The translations under genes and the position numbers were made by a program. Below, one piece after another: positions 1 through 12,984 of a DNA stretch of 64,000 bases. Each line of letters begins with the position of its first letter. Position 1 is the stretch's first letter. The notes under the pieces were generated by a model that searched no databases, was not told the DNA's origin, and saw only the letters and a list, made by a program, of their open reading frames with translations. The stretch lies in assembly GCA_051362555.1 (NCBI GenBank), contig CM120640.1:40650788-40714787 (forward strand), given 5' to 3'. The stretch comes from Lingula anatina. Taxonomy: Eukaryota > Animalia > Brachiopoda.

Positions 1-74
1 ATAGTTCAAATCGTAAACAACTCAAAACATCACGCTACAGCGGTTTCTTGAAGTATAACCTGGTTTCCTTTTAG

Positions 75-1775
75 GTGGGGTTGGTTAGGCTTCAACTGTG
101 GCAGTACCTTCGGTATATCAGGTGGGAAATGGAAACTAGCGGCAAGGTAGGCGGGAAAATATATATTTGATGGAAACTATGCAATTAATGACGATTAACA
201 AAATAAACCATAGGATGTTAGAACATATGCTATGATAAGAAATAAGAATGATCTTAATGGTATAATAATTTGTGCGAGGTTCAAAACATTGTAGACTATA
301 AGAGATACTACATAAACATGTACTTAGCTTTGGGCTTTTCTGCACGAACAGAAAACCAAGTCATCTTCTATATTTGATGTCAGGTCTGCCGTTGTCACTG
401 TCAATGGATCGGCAGGCGGGGGCGCAGTGGGCATCTTTTTGAGGTAAGAAAAATCATATTTTGGTAAAAGATTCCATGAACGATTTAAAACCAAGTACAG
501 CATATCCCAATGTAATATTTGTTGCTCCCTGATACCTGATGTAGAAGGTTAATTCAATCAACCTGTAAATTCAATTATTCAAATATATCTCGACAACGAT
601 ACTATTGTCATTTAAGCCTAAGCCAGCGTTCAATTCACGACATTTTAAAACCTATTTATTTATTCTCTCACGACATTTGTAACACAGCTCCGGATGTTTT
701 TTATGTGTCTGTGGATATTCCCAAAATGAATAACTGTTTTCTCTTTGGCAATATTACAAAGCTCGCATTGTTGACATTCTTTTTTTCTTTATTTTCATTG
801 ATTTAACATTAATTTGTACTGAAAATTCTATGATTAATTTTATTTGCAGCCTTTGCAATTGTGTGTCGCCCGTCTCAGTAAAAACTGATTTAGATATTTT
901 ACAAATGCCTTTTGCCGTCATCAAAGTTTTCTTGAATATCCGCGTGCCTTTTTTTTTTGTTACTTTTCTTGAAATTTTTTCTTGGAGTTCTTGGGATTAT
1001 TATAATAGAAATATCTATAAAGCTCATAAATGCTGTTAGTCATATTGCTATTGATTACATAGTTATATTAATCTGCCATATATTTTGTAAAGGTTTGCCA
1101 TTGGCCAAAATAGACTCTCACCACTATTTCACACACTGAAATTGTCTAAGAAATTGACATTAAGTTAAAATTTTTCACTGAGGCCTTCTGGTGAAAAGAA
1201 TCTTCAGTGGCCGTCAATTATTTCAACAATAACCGCCGCCTTTTCCAAATCAAATAATCAATACAGGAATGTGTGACTAGCACAAAGCCTATATCCAAAC
1301 TACATGTATTAATTCCAGTACTTGACAAAGGAGCATGTTCTTGCTTTGGTCTGAACTGTGAATGTATACGTTAAACTGACATTAAAGGTAATGCGTGCGA
1401 TGCAAGAGAAGTAAAGATGATGTTTTCTTCACTTTTAGCTACATCTTTCGACAACGTAAACTTGACATTGGCGATCTTGTAAATTCTGTGCTTGGTGCGT
1501 TAGTGTCAGTGACAGGTATGTGATTGTCAAGACTCTTTTTGAACAAATATTCCGTTACAGGATTATTTCCCCTTATGTACGGCAGTGTGCAATGCAGTTT
1601 TTTTACTGCTTACGTCACAATTTTCATGAAAGTCGGATATCACTGTAATCTTTTCCTCATTTAAGTTATCTAATTTTTTAAAGACAAATTGATACATACA
1701 GGTTAAACACAAACTACTAAACTGTGGTTTACAGTGGTCAATATTGTAGGCATCCCCCCAGCTTCTGTGTCCATG

Positions 1776-1813
<38 letters not shown>

Positions 1814-3066
1814 TTATACAGTATGTAATCTACATTTTGTTATCTTCAGCTATTTGTGGCCTTGCTCGCCCATGGGAGGGTTTGATAATAGGCATGCTAG
1901 GCGGTGGGATATCAGTACTGTTGCCTAAAGCCTTGGACAAGATGAAAATAGATGATCCCGTCGGTGTAGTGTCCGTCCATGGCGTATGCGGTGTATGGGG
2001 ACTACTTAGCGTCGGACTATTTGTGGATCAGGTTTGTGTGATCGTTAAATATTTTTATGCATTCAATTCGCATGGATTTTTCAATCAACTGTGTTCAGTA
2101 CTGTATTCCTTTTATTCTTTATAATAACATGCATGCTTCTCATTGTCACCTGCCGCTGTTTCTTTTATGCGTGCCGCCCAACTATGTATGTAGTGGAACA
2201 TGTACTCGGTGTTCTCTTTACTATATTTTGATTGTTGGGTTAATTATCTGTGTTTCTTCAAAGGATAATATCCAGAACCTTACTTACGGGAGAAAAGGTG
2301 CCTTCCGTGGAGGCGGCTTTTATTTGCTTGGAGTACAAACATTGGCAGCGGTTGTCATAATTGTCTGGAGCGCCGTAACGTCGTTTCTTCTCTTGAAGGT
2401 ACTAGCAATAATCACAATTATTATTCTGGATTTTTACGTTTTTACTTTTTGTTTCCCGTTAAGAATATAGTTACACAAACACTTGTATATATATAAATAC
2501 TGGTTAAATTCTTTGAAACATGCGATCAAAGTATTTTTCAAAAAATAATTAAATACTTTTACATTCGCTTTATAGAAAACAATGTTTTGCCGTAATGTAG
2601 TAGAAGTACAGACACACGATCCAAGAATTCGTTTTTTTTCAAGGTTATAGACGTTACCATAAAGCTCAGAGTGACCGAAGAGGAAGAACTACTGGGTGCC
2701 GACTACGTGGAACATGGCATTGGCAGGAAGGAACTGGTCATCACTCCGGTCCGTCATTTTTCGACGGCAAGTAGACGCACTACGAGTGACCAGGAGTACG
2801 TCGTGCGTAGGCGTAGCGCGTTCGGTCTCAGTCGACCAATAGAAGTGGCAGCCATAGAAGGTGAAGTATTCAGCTGCATTGGCATAGAGAAAGACATTGC
2901 AGAGACTCAGTCACTGGATCAAAGTTGCTCCAAGAAGGAGACCGTTTCAAAAGCACCGCTGCAAAGACATTTTAGAATAAGACCAATGGTTTCGGATGAT
3001 GACATCTACAATTCGTCAGATGTCACGAACAACGAAACCGCTCGAGAAACGAGCCATATCATGTAA
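75..3066 (+). CDS. amt: Ammonium transporter (Amt/Mep family), 3' part; 5' exons lie before the window
   Basis: Six GT-AG exons join in frame: 75-146 (WGWLGFNCGSTFGISGGKWKLAAR), 384-443 (SAVVTVNGSAGGGAVGIFLS), 1439-1515 (YIFRQRKLDIGDLVNSVLGALVSVT), 1850-2031 (AICGLARPWEG...KIDDPVGVVSVHGVCGVWG), 2264-2398 and 2644-3066 (LRVTEEEELLGADYVEHG...stop). The motifs WGWxGFNxGS, IDDPVGxxxVHGxxGxWG and EExxGxDxxEHG are diagnostic of Amt. Confidence 0.95.
1777..1811. repeat. (CA)n microsatellite in an Amt intron
   Basis: Read directly. Confidence 0.95.
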
Positions 3067-3899
3067 AAAAATAAACGATAATGCCGTTGCTAATTTTTAT
3101 GGCAATGAATCTACAATTACTTACATAAATAAATGAATGAGATGTACGCCAGTCACCTATTTGTTAAACTAAAAGATGGGTATTGTATCGGAATGGAAAA
3201 AAAACCATCTAGTGTAGTGGGCACTGTAACATACAGATGGTTGGAACTCAGACGTTTAGTCTATCTCCCAGTAGGCATCTTCGGGGAAATGAACTAATTG
3301 CCCCTGTTTTCTTTCCGTATTTTGCTGAAAAACTACAATCTTGTGAATCTAAATATACGCTATTTATATCTGTATAAATGGTCTGTTGATACAGAGAAAC
3401 TATGAAGCTTTCGAGAGACCGCAAATCTCGCTTTCACAGAGATTAAACTTGGCTTCTTATCTCATTGATTGGCACACCTGTATTCGTATTAAATTATACA
3501 TCCATCAATGCTTTGTGGTTCGTACTCAATTAATTTCCCATAAGCATATTGTTCTCGTGCGGAAAAGTTCATCTTCTTACATGCAGCATACTGTCTTTAT
3601 CGTACTCAATAATCCATGTAATGCTGCCGCATTAAAACATAGTTCTGTAAAATAGTTCCACACAGTTACAAACATGTATGTATTAATTTCGACAGGTGAC
3701 ATCCCCAATATATACAAAGTATCAAAACATCATGTAGACTGATCAATAGGAAATGAAAACATATCTCTGAACATAATTAACAAGATAGTTTCAATCTGTC
3801 TCCGCTGGATTCTACCGAGAAAGCAAGTGCGTGACCTTTTTCTATAATTACTTAGACCTATAAGTCTATCCCTAGTGATTGATTTGCGTCTACCAGTTG

Positions 3900-4705
3900 T
3901 CAGTTATATCCACGCCAAGCGTACGACTGAATGATCCCAAAGTCTTGACGTGGATTTGGCTTTCTGGCGGCGGATTCGTTTAGGCGTTGAATCTGAAATA
4001 ATCAATTGATGGAGTCTTCTACCTGTTGGCTATATAGTTATGCTATGTCTGTTTCACAAACACATACATTGTACACGCACTGGTGAGCGCTCGCGCGCAC
4101 GCAGAGAAAGAGGGAGGGAGAAAGAGAGAGAGAGAGAGAGAGAGACGGGGGAGTCGGGGAGTAGAAATTGTTGTTACTGCAACAGAAGACGTCAAAATAC
4201 AAGGAACTATTTTTTTATATTGTTTAAATATTGATAAAAGACAATTAATGTACCTACAGTTGATAGAGGGGGTGAATTCCCCCAGTTTGAAGCTAAACAG
4301 CTAAAAAAAACCGACGTAAAATATATTTCTCTGCATCAGAAAAAAGTATATGTGAAATTATATGGGGGTGTGAATCATAAGACATACGAGAAAACTAACG
4401 ATCAGAAATAGGTTTTGTGCCTTAAACTTAAAGAGAATGGGTCAGCATCCATAACAATGTATGAGACGTTCTTCATTTACCATCTTGTCAATTTCTTCTT
4501 TGCCTAAATGGGTGTTGGGATTTGGATTCCTTCTTTCAAAGACCGGCTCCCTTCTCATAGGCACCGTGTACAACCTGGTAACAGCCTGTTCGACCTCATA
4601 CTCTGACATCCGCTGATGACCCAGTCCGTATTCAGGCTTTATAATGGTTCCCCATGGTTGTTTTGATCTCTTAGGTCGGACAGATGATCGCAAGCTGCTC
4701 GCCAT
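3900..4705 (-). CDS. Uncharacterised small protein, ~105 aa, two coding exons
   Basis: ATG at 4705 sits just inside an exon with a pyrimidine-rich AG acceptor (exon starts 4710). Coding exon 4705-4481 ends at a GTAAAT donor. The next exon, 3992-3900, follows TTTCAG and reads in frame IQRLNESAARKPNPRQDFGIIQSYAWRGYN*. A non-coding 5' exon is implied but was not located. Confidence 0.75.
4103..4145. repeat. Imperfect (GA)n microsatellite, intronic
   Basis: Read directly. Confidence 0.85.
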
Positions 4706-5740
4706 TATTCCTAACGGAAGGAAATAAATATAAGGTATAATGTATTCTGACTGGGACCCCCTAAATTTAAATGTGAGAAACGAAATTTTAAATGCAAAGA
4801 AAACAAATGGATAATAACCAATATGAAAGATATGTAACATGATTAAAATTAACTAGGGATGATGGCAAAGATTAAACGGTATGAAATTTTGTATTGTACT
4901 TTTATAAGCAACAATGTACGCATCTAGATAGCAGTATATCATATTTCTCACAAGCAAATATTATATTGAACGAAGGACATAGGTAAGAAGCAAGAAATAA
5001 CACGTACCGGTAGATATGACATAGGAGTAGTGAAAGTAGTTTCACTTTTGAAAAAGTAATCTTAAAATATTATTTCATTTCATTTAGAATAATGAACGGT
5101 AAACCTAACCTACCGGTTACCTCGAGTTAGGTCCACTATGTAGACGCATGTACCCTTAGCTGTATGTTCATTCAATCTGAAAGATCATGAACAAACTTAG
5201 GATTAGTCCTTGTGTTTAAACTGTTACCATGGAGTTAATTCATTACATTAGACTTCATTTCGATTTTGTGATCTAAATCGGATTGGTAACTACGCACTGG
5301 TCTCTTATCGCCCTATCATGAGAAAGTGATCGATGGCACGTGGTCAGTGGATATGAAAACGCTGTTTACGGTCTTTAATCATTTTCTTTTTTCTTTTTAA
5401 TGATGATATCCTTGTGTGCCCTCAAGGTGTGTTATTTTATGCTGTTGCTGTTTTTTTCGCCTGTATTTCCTTACGTCTAAACTGATGTGTACTAGTTTCA
5501 CACATTGTGGCGCAGTGCGTTCTTGATCATCTACCGCAATTTTAAATAACTGAAGAAAATGGGTGCATCTGATAAAGTGACTCTATTGTGCACACAATAG
5601 ACAATGTAATAAAGGCAAACTTAACGTTGTTTATAATTGATGAAACGCTTTCTGATATGAAGATCTCCATTGCTGATATTTATTTAATCCAGATAAGAAA
5701 TTTTTTGTACACGATTTCCACCAGTGGGAATACCCCCCCC

Positions 5741-5773
5741 CACACACACACACACCACACACACGCACACACA

Positions 5774-5807
<34 letters not shown>
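5741..5807. repeat. Imperfect (CA)n microsatellite, intergenic
   Basis: Read directly. Confidence 0.9.
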
Positions 5808-7010
5808 AGTGTACTCCTGTAATATTCTAACTTCAAAACTTCATTGTCAAAACCCAAGAGTGCACCTCAAATTTTATTTCTATGTAATTTTATTTCTATG
5901 TATTAACATAAGACTTTGTAATTTGTTGCTGTGTCAGGTATTCAAAAGATTGACAAAAGATTTATGCTTAATAACCCCGTGCCCAACGCGCATGCTCGAA
6001 CTCCAGTTAGTTGTGCTGTACTGTAGCAGTGTGTTTACATCTGATCGACAAATGCATTAACCGCGAGTGGGGCTATTGTCCCGTTGCTACACGGCATTGT
6101 TGTAACTTCTCCACAGCAAATACGTGCAGTGGCTGTTATGTAAAGTATGGAAAGTGATGAAGCCTATTTCCAACATTAAACAACGTGATATGGTGGGTTG
6201 CTACTAGACTGAGTAGAAACACAGTGTTTTGTACCAGAACTCTGAGTGACAAGGATTGATCTGTAACAAGCAGAGTGATTGTAGAAGTGCTAGAAATTGA
6301 ACAATTACAAAGAAGACGAAAATCGGACTCTTGCCTGACATTTAACACGGATCAAGTTCACAACATTTCTTTTGTATTTAGAGAGCAGTGCGATAAATGG
6401 AAACGGGACAAAAGGCTCTCGTTGAAGACAGACGTTAATTAAAGGTAAGGCAAGTTAAGCAATATTATTTATTCGCATTCTTATATATTTCCAAGATTAT
6501 TTTGGTTGCTATACTTGTATAACCAAGACCATAATTACAAATATGCCCATAAGGCCATAAGGTTTGACAAAAGATGGCCGAAGTTGTTAGGGTCTGTGGG
6601 AGTATAAGAGGGGAGGTTGCAATGTAGAAGAGGTCTTGACATTTAAGTGGAAACGGAGAGAGGTTGAAGTCCAGCTGAGTTTTGTTGATACATATCGATC
6701 CTAAAGAAAAGACCCATGAGTAGTTGCCTACTTGCATTCAACCTCGTTAAAAGTAAATACGAAAGAAAAGTATTAGTTAGTATGAGGGACCGTTAGAACA
6801 TGTATGTACTAGATGTAGTATGCCTCTACCTTTAGGGCAGCCCATCTGAGATTATGCTTTAGTAATAAGCTCACGTCAACAGTTACCAGTACTGTTAATT
6901 TTTATCATTGCTTTTTTAAAATTTTTCATCTATTCTAAAATTGTCTAAATTTTTTTCGCATTCTAGGTGTACACCACTGGATAATTCACCGGACACAAAG
7001 CTATTTTATC

Positions 7011-10000
7011 ATGGATTGCTTTGGACTGCTTGTTATTCTGATCGGCATAGTATCTAAAGTGGCGTCACAAGGTAAGGGATGGTTTTAGATTCAGTATATC
7101 ACTTTGAGATAATAATTTCAATCTGTTGAAATGGAAAGACTCTGAAATAAATGTAAAAAATAATAACAACGACACAAAACCAGGTGAGGAACTTACAGGG
7201 GTAACAGCATGTGCAAGACTCATGAAGACTTTTATAAAATAGATGAAGATAAATTTACTGTCGAGCACGACTATAGAATCGTTGTTTGTTTGCGTTTTGC
7301 TTGTTTTTTTTTTCACTTTAACTGACATGAGGTGTCTGCTGACTTCTTGCCATCAAGAATGAACAGTCATTGAATATTTAGTTTTAACAATTGATGTCAT
7401 ACACATTACGAAGACAGTAGTGCTTCTTATATGAAACATATCATATTATATTTCAGCTACCCTTGTAAACTACGGGTCGGCTGTAGCGCGGCGCTACTAC
7501 AACCAAGGTGGCTCTCGCAAGGCGTTTGTTGAAACCGCGTTCCCATTGTCGGAGGGGTATGTTACAAAATTCACGGTGTTTATTCATCAGGATGTGGCAA
7601 GTGAAACTCCAGCAAGGTTTTTCATTTGGACGCGCGTGGGGACTGGGGCAAATTTCAGGTTGGAATACTATATAAACGCTACTTTGCCAAAAACAAGAGG
7701 ATTGGAAGAGGTAAGAGGAAAGACTTAAGCATAATTCTCATTCAAGTATAAATCAGAAATGAGACAAGTCTAGAAAACAAGAGTTACTAATTCTTATGCA
7801 AGCGATTGCGACACGAATTGATTTGTAGAAAATCAAAAGACTAACATGGATAAAGTAAAATCATGTTTAATGAACGGTTAATAATCAATAAAATCGTTAT
7901 TTCTTCTTCAAAGGAAACGCAAGTCAAATCAAAATCAAAATTATAAACCATTTATCTCGCAAATTGATTTCAAATAAGACTATGTGTGATCGTATTATTT
8001 TTAGTTCGACGTGCCAGACCCCAAACCCTGGGTACCAGCCGGCTCATTTCTCGGTTGGGGCTACAGCTTGGTAGCAGATGTCATCAGCTTTGATTATAAC
8101 TCTGGCTTTACCACTGAATACTACTACAACCTTGACACTGGCACGCCGTTTCCTTGGCCAGAGAAGGGCCAGACCTATACTTTCGTTTCGACACCAGGAA
8201 GGTTCAGGCATTCTGTTATGTTGACACTTGACGTTGGTATGTATGCCAGTTTTAGTTTCGTAAAAGCTTAATCCATTAAGAAATATAATCGAAATGAAAT
8301 GCCACTTATCATTTGAGGTAAATGATACTCGTAAAATGACCCTAATATATGTTAACTTTTTTATAATTCTATATTCCAGCTACAACCCCAGCACCAACAA
8401 CGACAACCACTGCGGCACCAACTACGACGTCCACGCCCTCTACCACAACTACCACGCTGACAACTACAACCACTCCAACCACACCCACAACACCGACGAC
8501 AACCACTCCCACCACGACGACAACGCCGACAACTACAACCACGCCGACTACAACTACTACAACCCAGCCGAGTAAGATATATTTATATTACCTGGCTTAG
8601 CGTCATTATGATTTCCGGTTTAAAAAAATAAATTAAGTACTTTCGCACGTTACTTTTATTTGAAAATATTACACCTATGTTCTCAGTTAGCCTCAAACAA
8701 CTCATTCTTAAACTTGTCAGGTAACTTTGTGCTGACATCATTTGGCGAAGCTAAGGAGCGGCGCTATTACAACCAGGGAGGTTCTCGGAAAGCATTTGTA
8801 GAAACTGCATTCCCGCTGTCTCAAGGGATATTAGAGAGTTTTATTGTCTACATTCATCAGGACGTAGACACAGAAACTCCAGCCAGGTTTTTCATATGGA
8901 GCCGTATTGGAAGTGGAACCGTGTTTAGGTTGGACTACTACTTGGATGTAACACTATCCAACAAAAAAGGGTTTCAAACGGTACGTTTACAAAGATATGC
9001 CAAGAAGGCAGTTTAGATGTTTACAAGTTTTGATGGAAATTCGTAATATGTTTGCAAAAAAAAAAAAAAAAAAAGATGATATTTCTTAATAGATATATGC
9101 ATGTATGGACGTTTGTGTCTGGCTTCATGTTTTTACACTTCAGTTTAATACATTTCAGTTTAATGTTACGGATCCCAAACCCTGGATCCAAGAAGGGTCT
9201 TTCTATGGTTGGGGCTACAGCTTGGTTGCTGACGTCATCAGTTTTGATTATAGCTCCGCCTTCACAACAGAATACTACTACAATCTTGACACTGGTACTC
9301 CTTTTCCTTGGCCGGTACTCAACAATGAGCACACGTTCAACTCCGTCCCTGGACGATTCAGACATTCTGTTGAAGTCAAAATCAACGTCGGTAAGAAAAA
9401 AGAAAAGAAAATACTAAATTATAGGATAATATGCTTTGTCAGTAATAGATTTCTAATTAAAAGACATATTATTTTATTTTACATCAAACTTTGTGAAATA
9501 TGTTTGTGAAAAATGTTTGGCATTAATTATTGGTTCTAAGTACTCCGTGTTCTAATAGTGACATCTAATATTCGCTCCATCTTTCTTCTTTTATTAAAGG
9601 AACCACAACCGTTTCGACTACGACTGCAACTACTACCCCAACAACCACGACTACGACCACACCAACGACTACAACTACACCAACAACTACAACCACTACA
9701 CCAACCACAACCACTACAACTACTCCCACACCCACTACTACTACGACAGTATCAAGTAAGTTGAGCAATGTATTTTACTTCTATTTAATGATACAACGTT
9801 ATATCAACCTGTGAGCGAGTGCGTGTTTATTTATGTTGCTAGATGTGCAGTTTTTTAAGTGCTTAATATCCTTTTGTATCAGTAGTTTCTTGTACGTCAT
9901 CATGACATTTTCACTTTTTTAATCCCAATGTTATTTTAGGTGGTTTTGTGCTGACACCATTTGGCGAGGCTAAGGAGCGGCGCTATTACAACCAGGGAGG

Positions 10001-10272
10001 TTCTCGGAAAGCATTTGTAGAAACTGCATTCCCGCTGTCTCAAGGGATATTAGAGAGTTTTATTGTCTACATTCATCAGGACGTAGACACAGAAACTCCA
10101 GCCAGGTTTTTCATATGGAGCCGTATTGGAAGTGGAACCGTGTTTAGGTTGGACTACTACTTGGATGTAACACTATCCAACAAAAAAGGGTTTCAAACGG
10201 TACGTTTACAAAGATATGCCAAGCAGGCAGTTTACATGTTTACAAGTTTTGATGGAAATTCGTAATATGTTT

Positions 10273-10305
<33 letters not shown>

Positions 10306-12889
10306 TGATATTTCTTAATAGATATATGCATGTATGGACGTTTGTGTCTGGCTTCATGTTTTTACACTTCAGTTTAATACATTTCAGTTTAATGTTACGG
10401 ATCCCAAACCCTGGATCCAAGAGGGGTCTTTCTATGGTTGGGGCTACAGCTTGGTTGCTGACGTCATCAGTTTTGATTATAGCTCCGCCTTCACAACAGA
10501 ATACTACTACAATCTTGACACTGGTACTCCTTTTCCTTGGCCGGTACTCAACAACGAGTACACGTTTAACTCCGTCCCCGGAAGATTCAGACATTCTGTT
10601 GAAGTCAAAATTAACGTCGGTAAGAAAAAAAAACGAAAATAACAGAAAACACTTATAGGTGGAACATGCACCCTGTTAGTTTAGTTAGCTATAAATTTCA
10701 ATTTCAAAAAGCATTTTTTTTGTTTGTATTTACATTTTATGTCAACGATATTTATGGAAGCGTGTAAGGGTCACAACACCAACACCAAAAAGAAAGCTCA
10801 CAACACCAACACCAAAAAGAAGACTCACAACACCAACACCAAAAAGAAAGCTCACAACACCAACACCAAAAAGAAAGCTCACAACACCAACACCAAAAAG
10901 AAAACTCACAACACCAACACCAAAAACAAAACTCACAACACCAACACCAAAAAGAAAACTCACAACACCAACACCAAAAACAAAGCTCACAACACCAACA
11001 CCAAAAAGAAAACTCACAACACCAAACAAAGAGCGTTTTAAACAAACCTGAGCATCATGTAAACCGTATAATGTCTGCACTATATGACCACTCACACTTG
11101 ACCCACTTCAATGGCCATTAAAGAATAATCAATCAATTGTCAAGCCTACACATAAAAGAGTAGAGGCAGTTCCAACCCTTCAAGATGTTAATTTTGTGTC
11201 TTACTTTTTAACACAATAAAGCTTAATTGAGATTTCGTATTCAGCTGTGCGGCTGTTGAGGCACAGTGTTTATAAAAATAAAGCTCGATCACCAGTAATG
11301 TAAGGTGTGGTCCTTGTAGAAATAATAACGTAACGTAGAACAAAGTAAGAGTCAAGTGTCAATTTCTGAATCTATTTCTACATATCAATCAATCCCAGCT
11401 ACATTTGAGGATCGCCAATTATTCAAAAATCATGTTTTACTTATAGTTCTGTCGAAGAACGCTGATTATGTGATATTCAGGCATCAGCCTCAACTACCGA
11501 AGTTGATAAACATGACTTAAACGATTTAACATTCAGAAGTGAGGTACGTGTGACTTCTGGATGTTAAGCCCGAGAAGTGTCTCGAAGTTAATTAGCTTGC
11601 AATGGTTTAAGGTCCTTTGATTGAAGAACCATATATTCTAACATATTTTAGTTTAAAGGGAAAAACTAAAATAAGATAGAAAATATAGTTACTTTGGTTG
11701 CTTTGGCAACAACAAGCACGGGGAGCATTTTAAACACAGAGGCTAGTAGCAATCTTGAGAATCATATGTATTATGTTTGCACCAGGTTACTATTCCAACT
11801 TGACCGACTTCAGTAGTCATTGAAGAACAATCAATCACTTGTCAAGGTTGCATATTAAAGAGTAGTGGCAATTCCAACCCTTCTAGAGAAAATGGTCTAT
11901 TTTAATCTTAATTAGATCATCTAAGATTTTTTCACAAAAGCAGGATAGACAGCCGTGCCAAGCAGTCAAAGTAACCATATTTTCTATCCTATTTTAGTTT
12001 TTACCTCTAAACTAAAATATGGGAGAAAATATGGTTGTTCAATCAAAGGGCCTTAAACTTCACAATTGATTGTTCTTTAATGGCCACTGAAGTGGGTCAA
12101 GTAGAGTGGTTATCTAATGCAGACATGATACTCGGGTTTGTTTAAAGTGAAGTTTATTTTTGGTGTTGGTGTTGTGAGTTTTGTTTTTGGTGTTGGTGTT
12201 GTGAGCTTTGTTTTTGATGTTGGTGTTGTGAGTTTTCTTTTTGGTGTTGGTGTTGTGAGTTTTCTTTTTGGTGTTGGTGTTGTGAAGTTTGTTTTTGGTG
12301 TTGGTGTTGTGACCCTTACACGCTTCCATAGATATTTGATTAAAAGAATTGGTTGTTGATATTCAGTGTATACCGTTGTTCGAGTGGGATCTTATTTCGG
12401 TTCAATATTTCTTGTTTTATTCTAGGTACTACCACTGTTTCCACCACGACGGCAACTACTACCCCAACTACCACGACTACGACCACACCAACGACTACAA
12501 CTACAACTCCCACAACTACAACCACTACACCAACAACAACAACTACAACTCCCACAACTACAACCACTACACCAACAACAACAACTACTACTCCCACAAC
12601 TACTACTCCCACAACAACAACCACTACACCAACAACAACTACTACTCCCACAACTACTACTCCCACAACTACAACCACTACACCAACAACAACTACTACT
12701 CCCACAACTACAACCACTACACCAACAACTACTACTACTCCCACAACTACAACTACTACACCAACAACTACAACCACTATCCCAACCACAACAACATCAC
12801 CAACCACAACTACTGCCTCTACAACTATAACTACAACAATAGCAAGTAAGTTGGATTTTACTTGTATTTAATGATTTTACATTCTATGA

Positions 12890-12925
<36 letters not shown>

Positions 12926-12932
12926 GGGAGAG

Positions 12933-12984
<52 letters not shown>

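Larger units (their letters stand above)
10753..12330. mobile_element. Non-autonomous foldback/MITE-like DNA element (~1.58 kb) with long inverted arms carrying a 27-bp minisatellite
   Basis: The left end TATGGAAGCGTGTAAGGGTCACAACACC (10753) is the reverse complement of the right end GGTGTTGTGACCCTTACACGCTTCCATA (12330). Similarity continues beyond the arrays (to ~11140 and from ~12061). GATATT flanks both ends directly (10747-10752, 12331-12336). No transposase ORF is present. Confidence 0.85.

Noticed and set aside
10772-11025. CRISPR-like array
   Set aside because: The units are head-to-tail with no unique spacers, there are no cas genes, and the context is eukaryotic.
10724-12359. ORFs with HNTNTKKKA, FGVGVVSF and WCWCCE repeats
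   Set aside because: They are translations of a stop-free 27-bp minisatellite inside an intronic inverted-repeat element, with no splice context that fits the gene.
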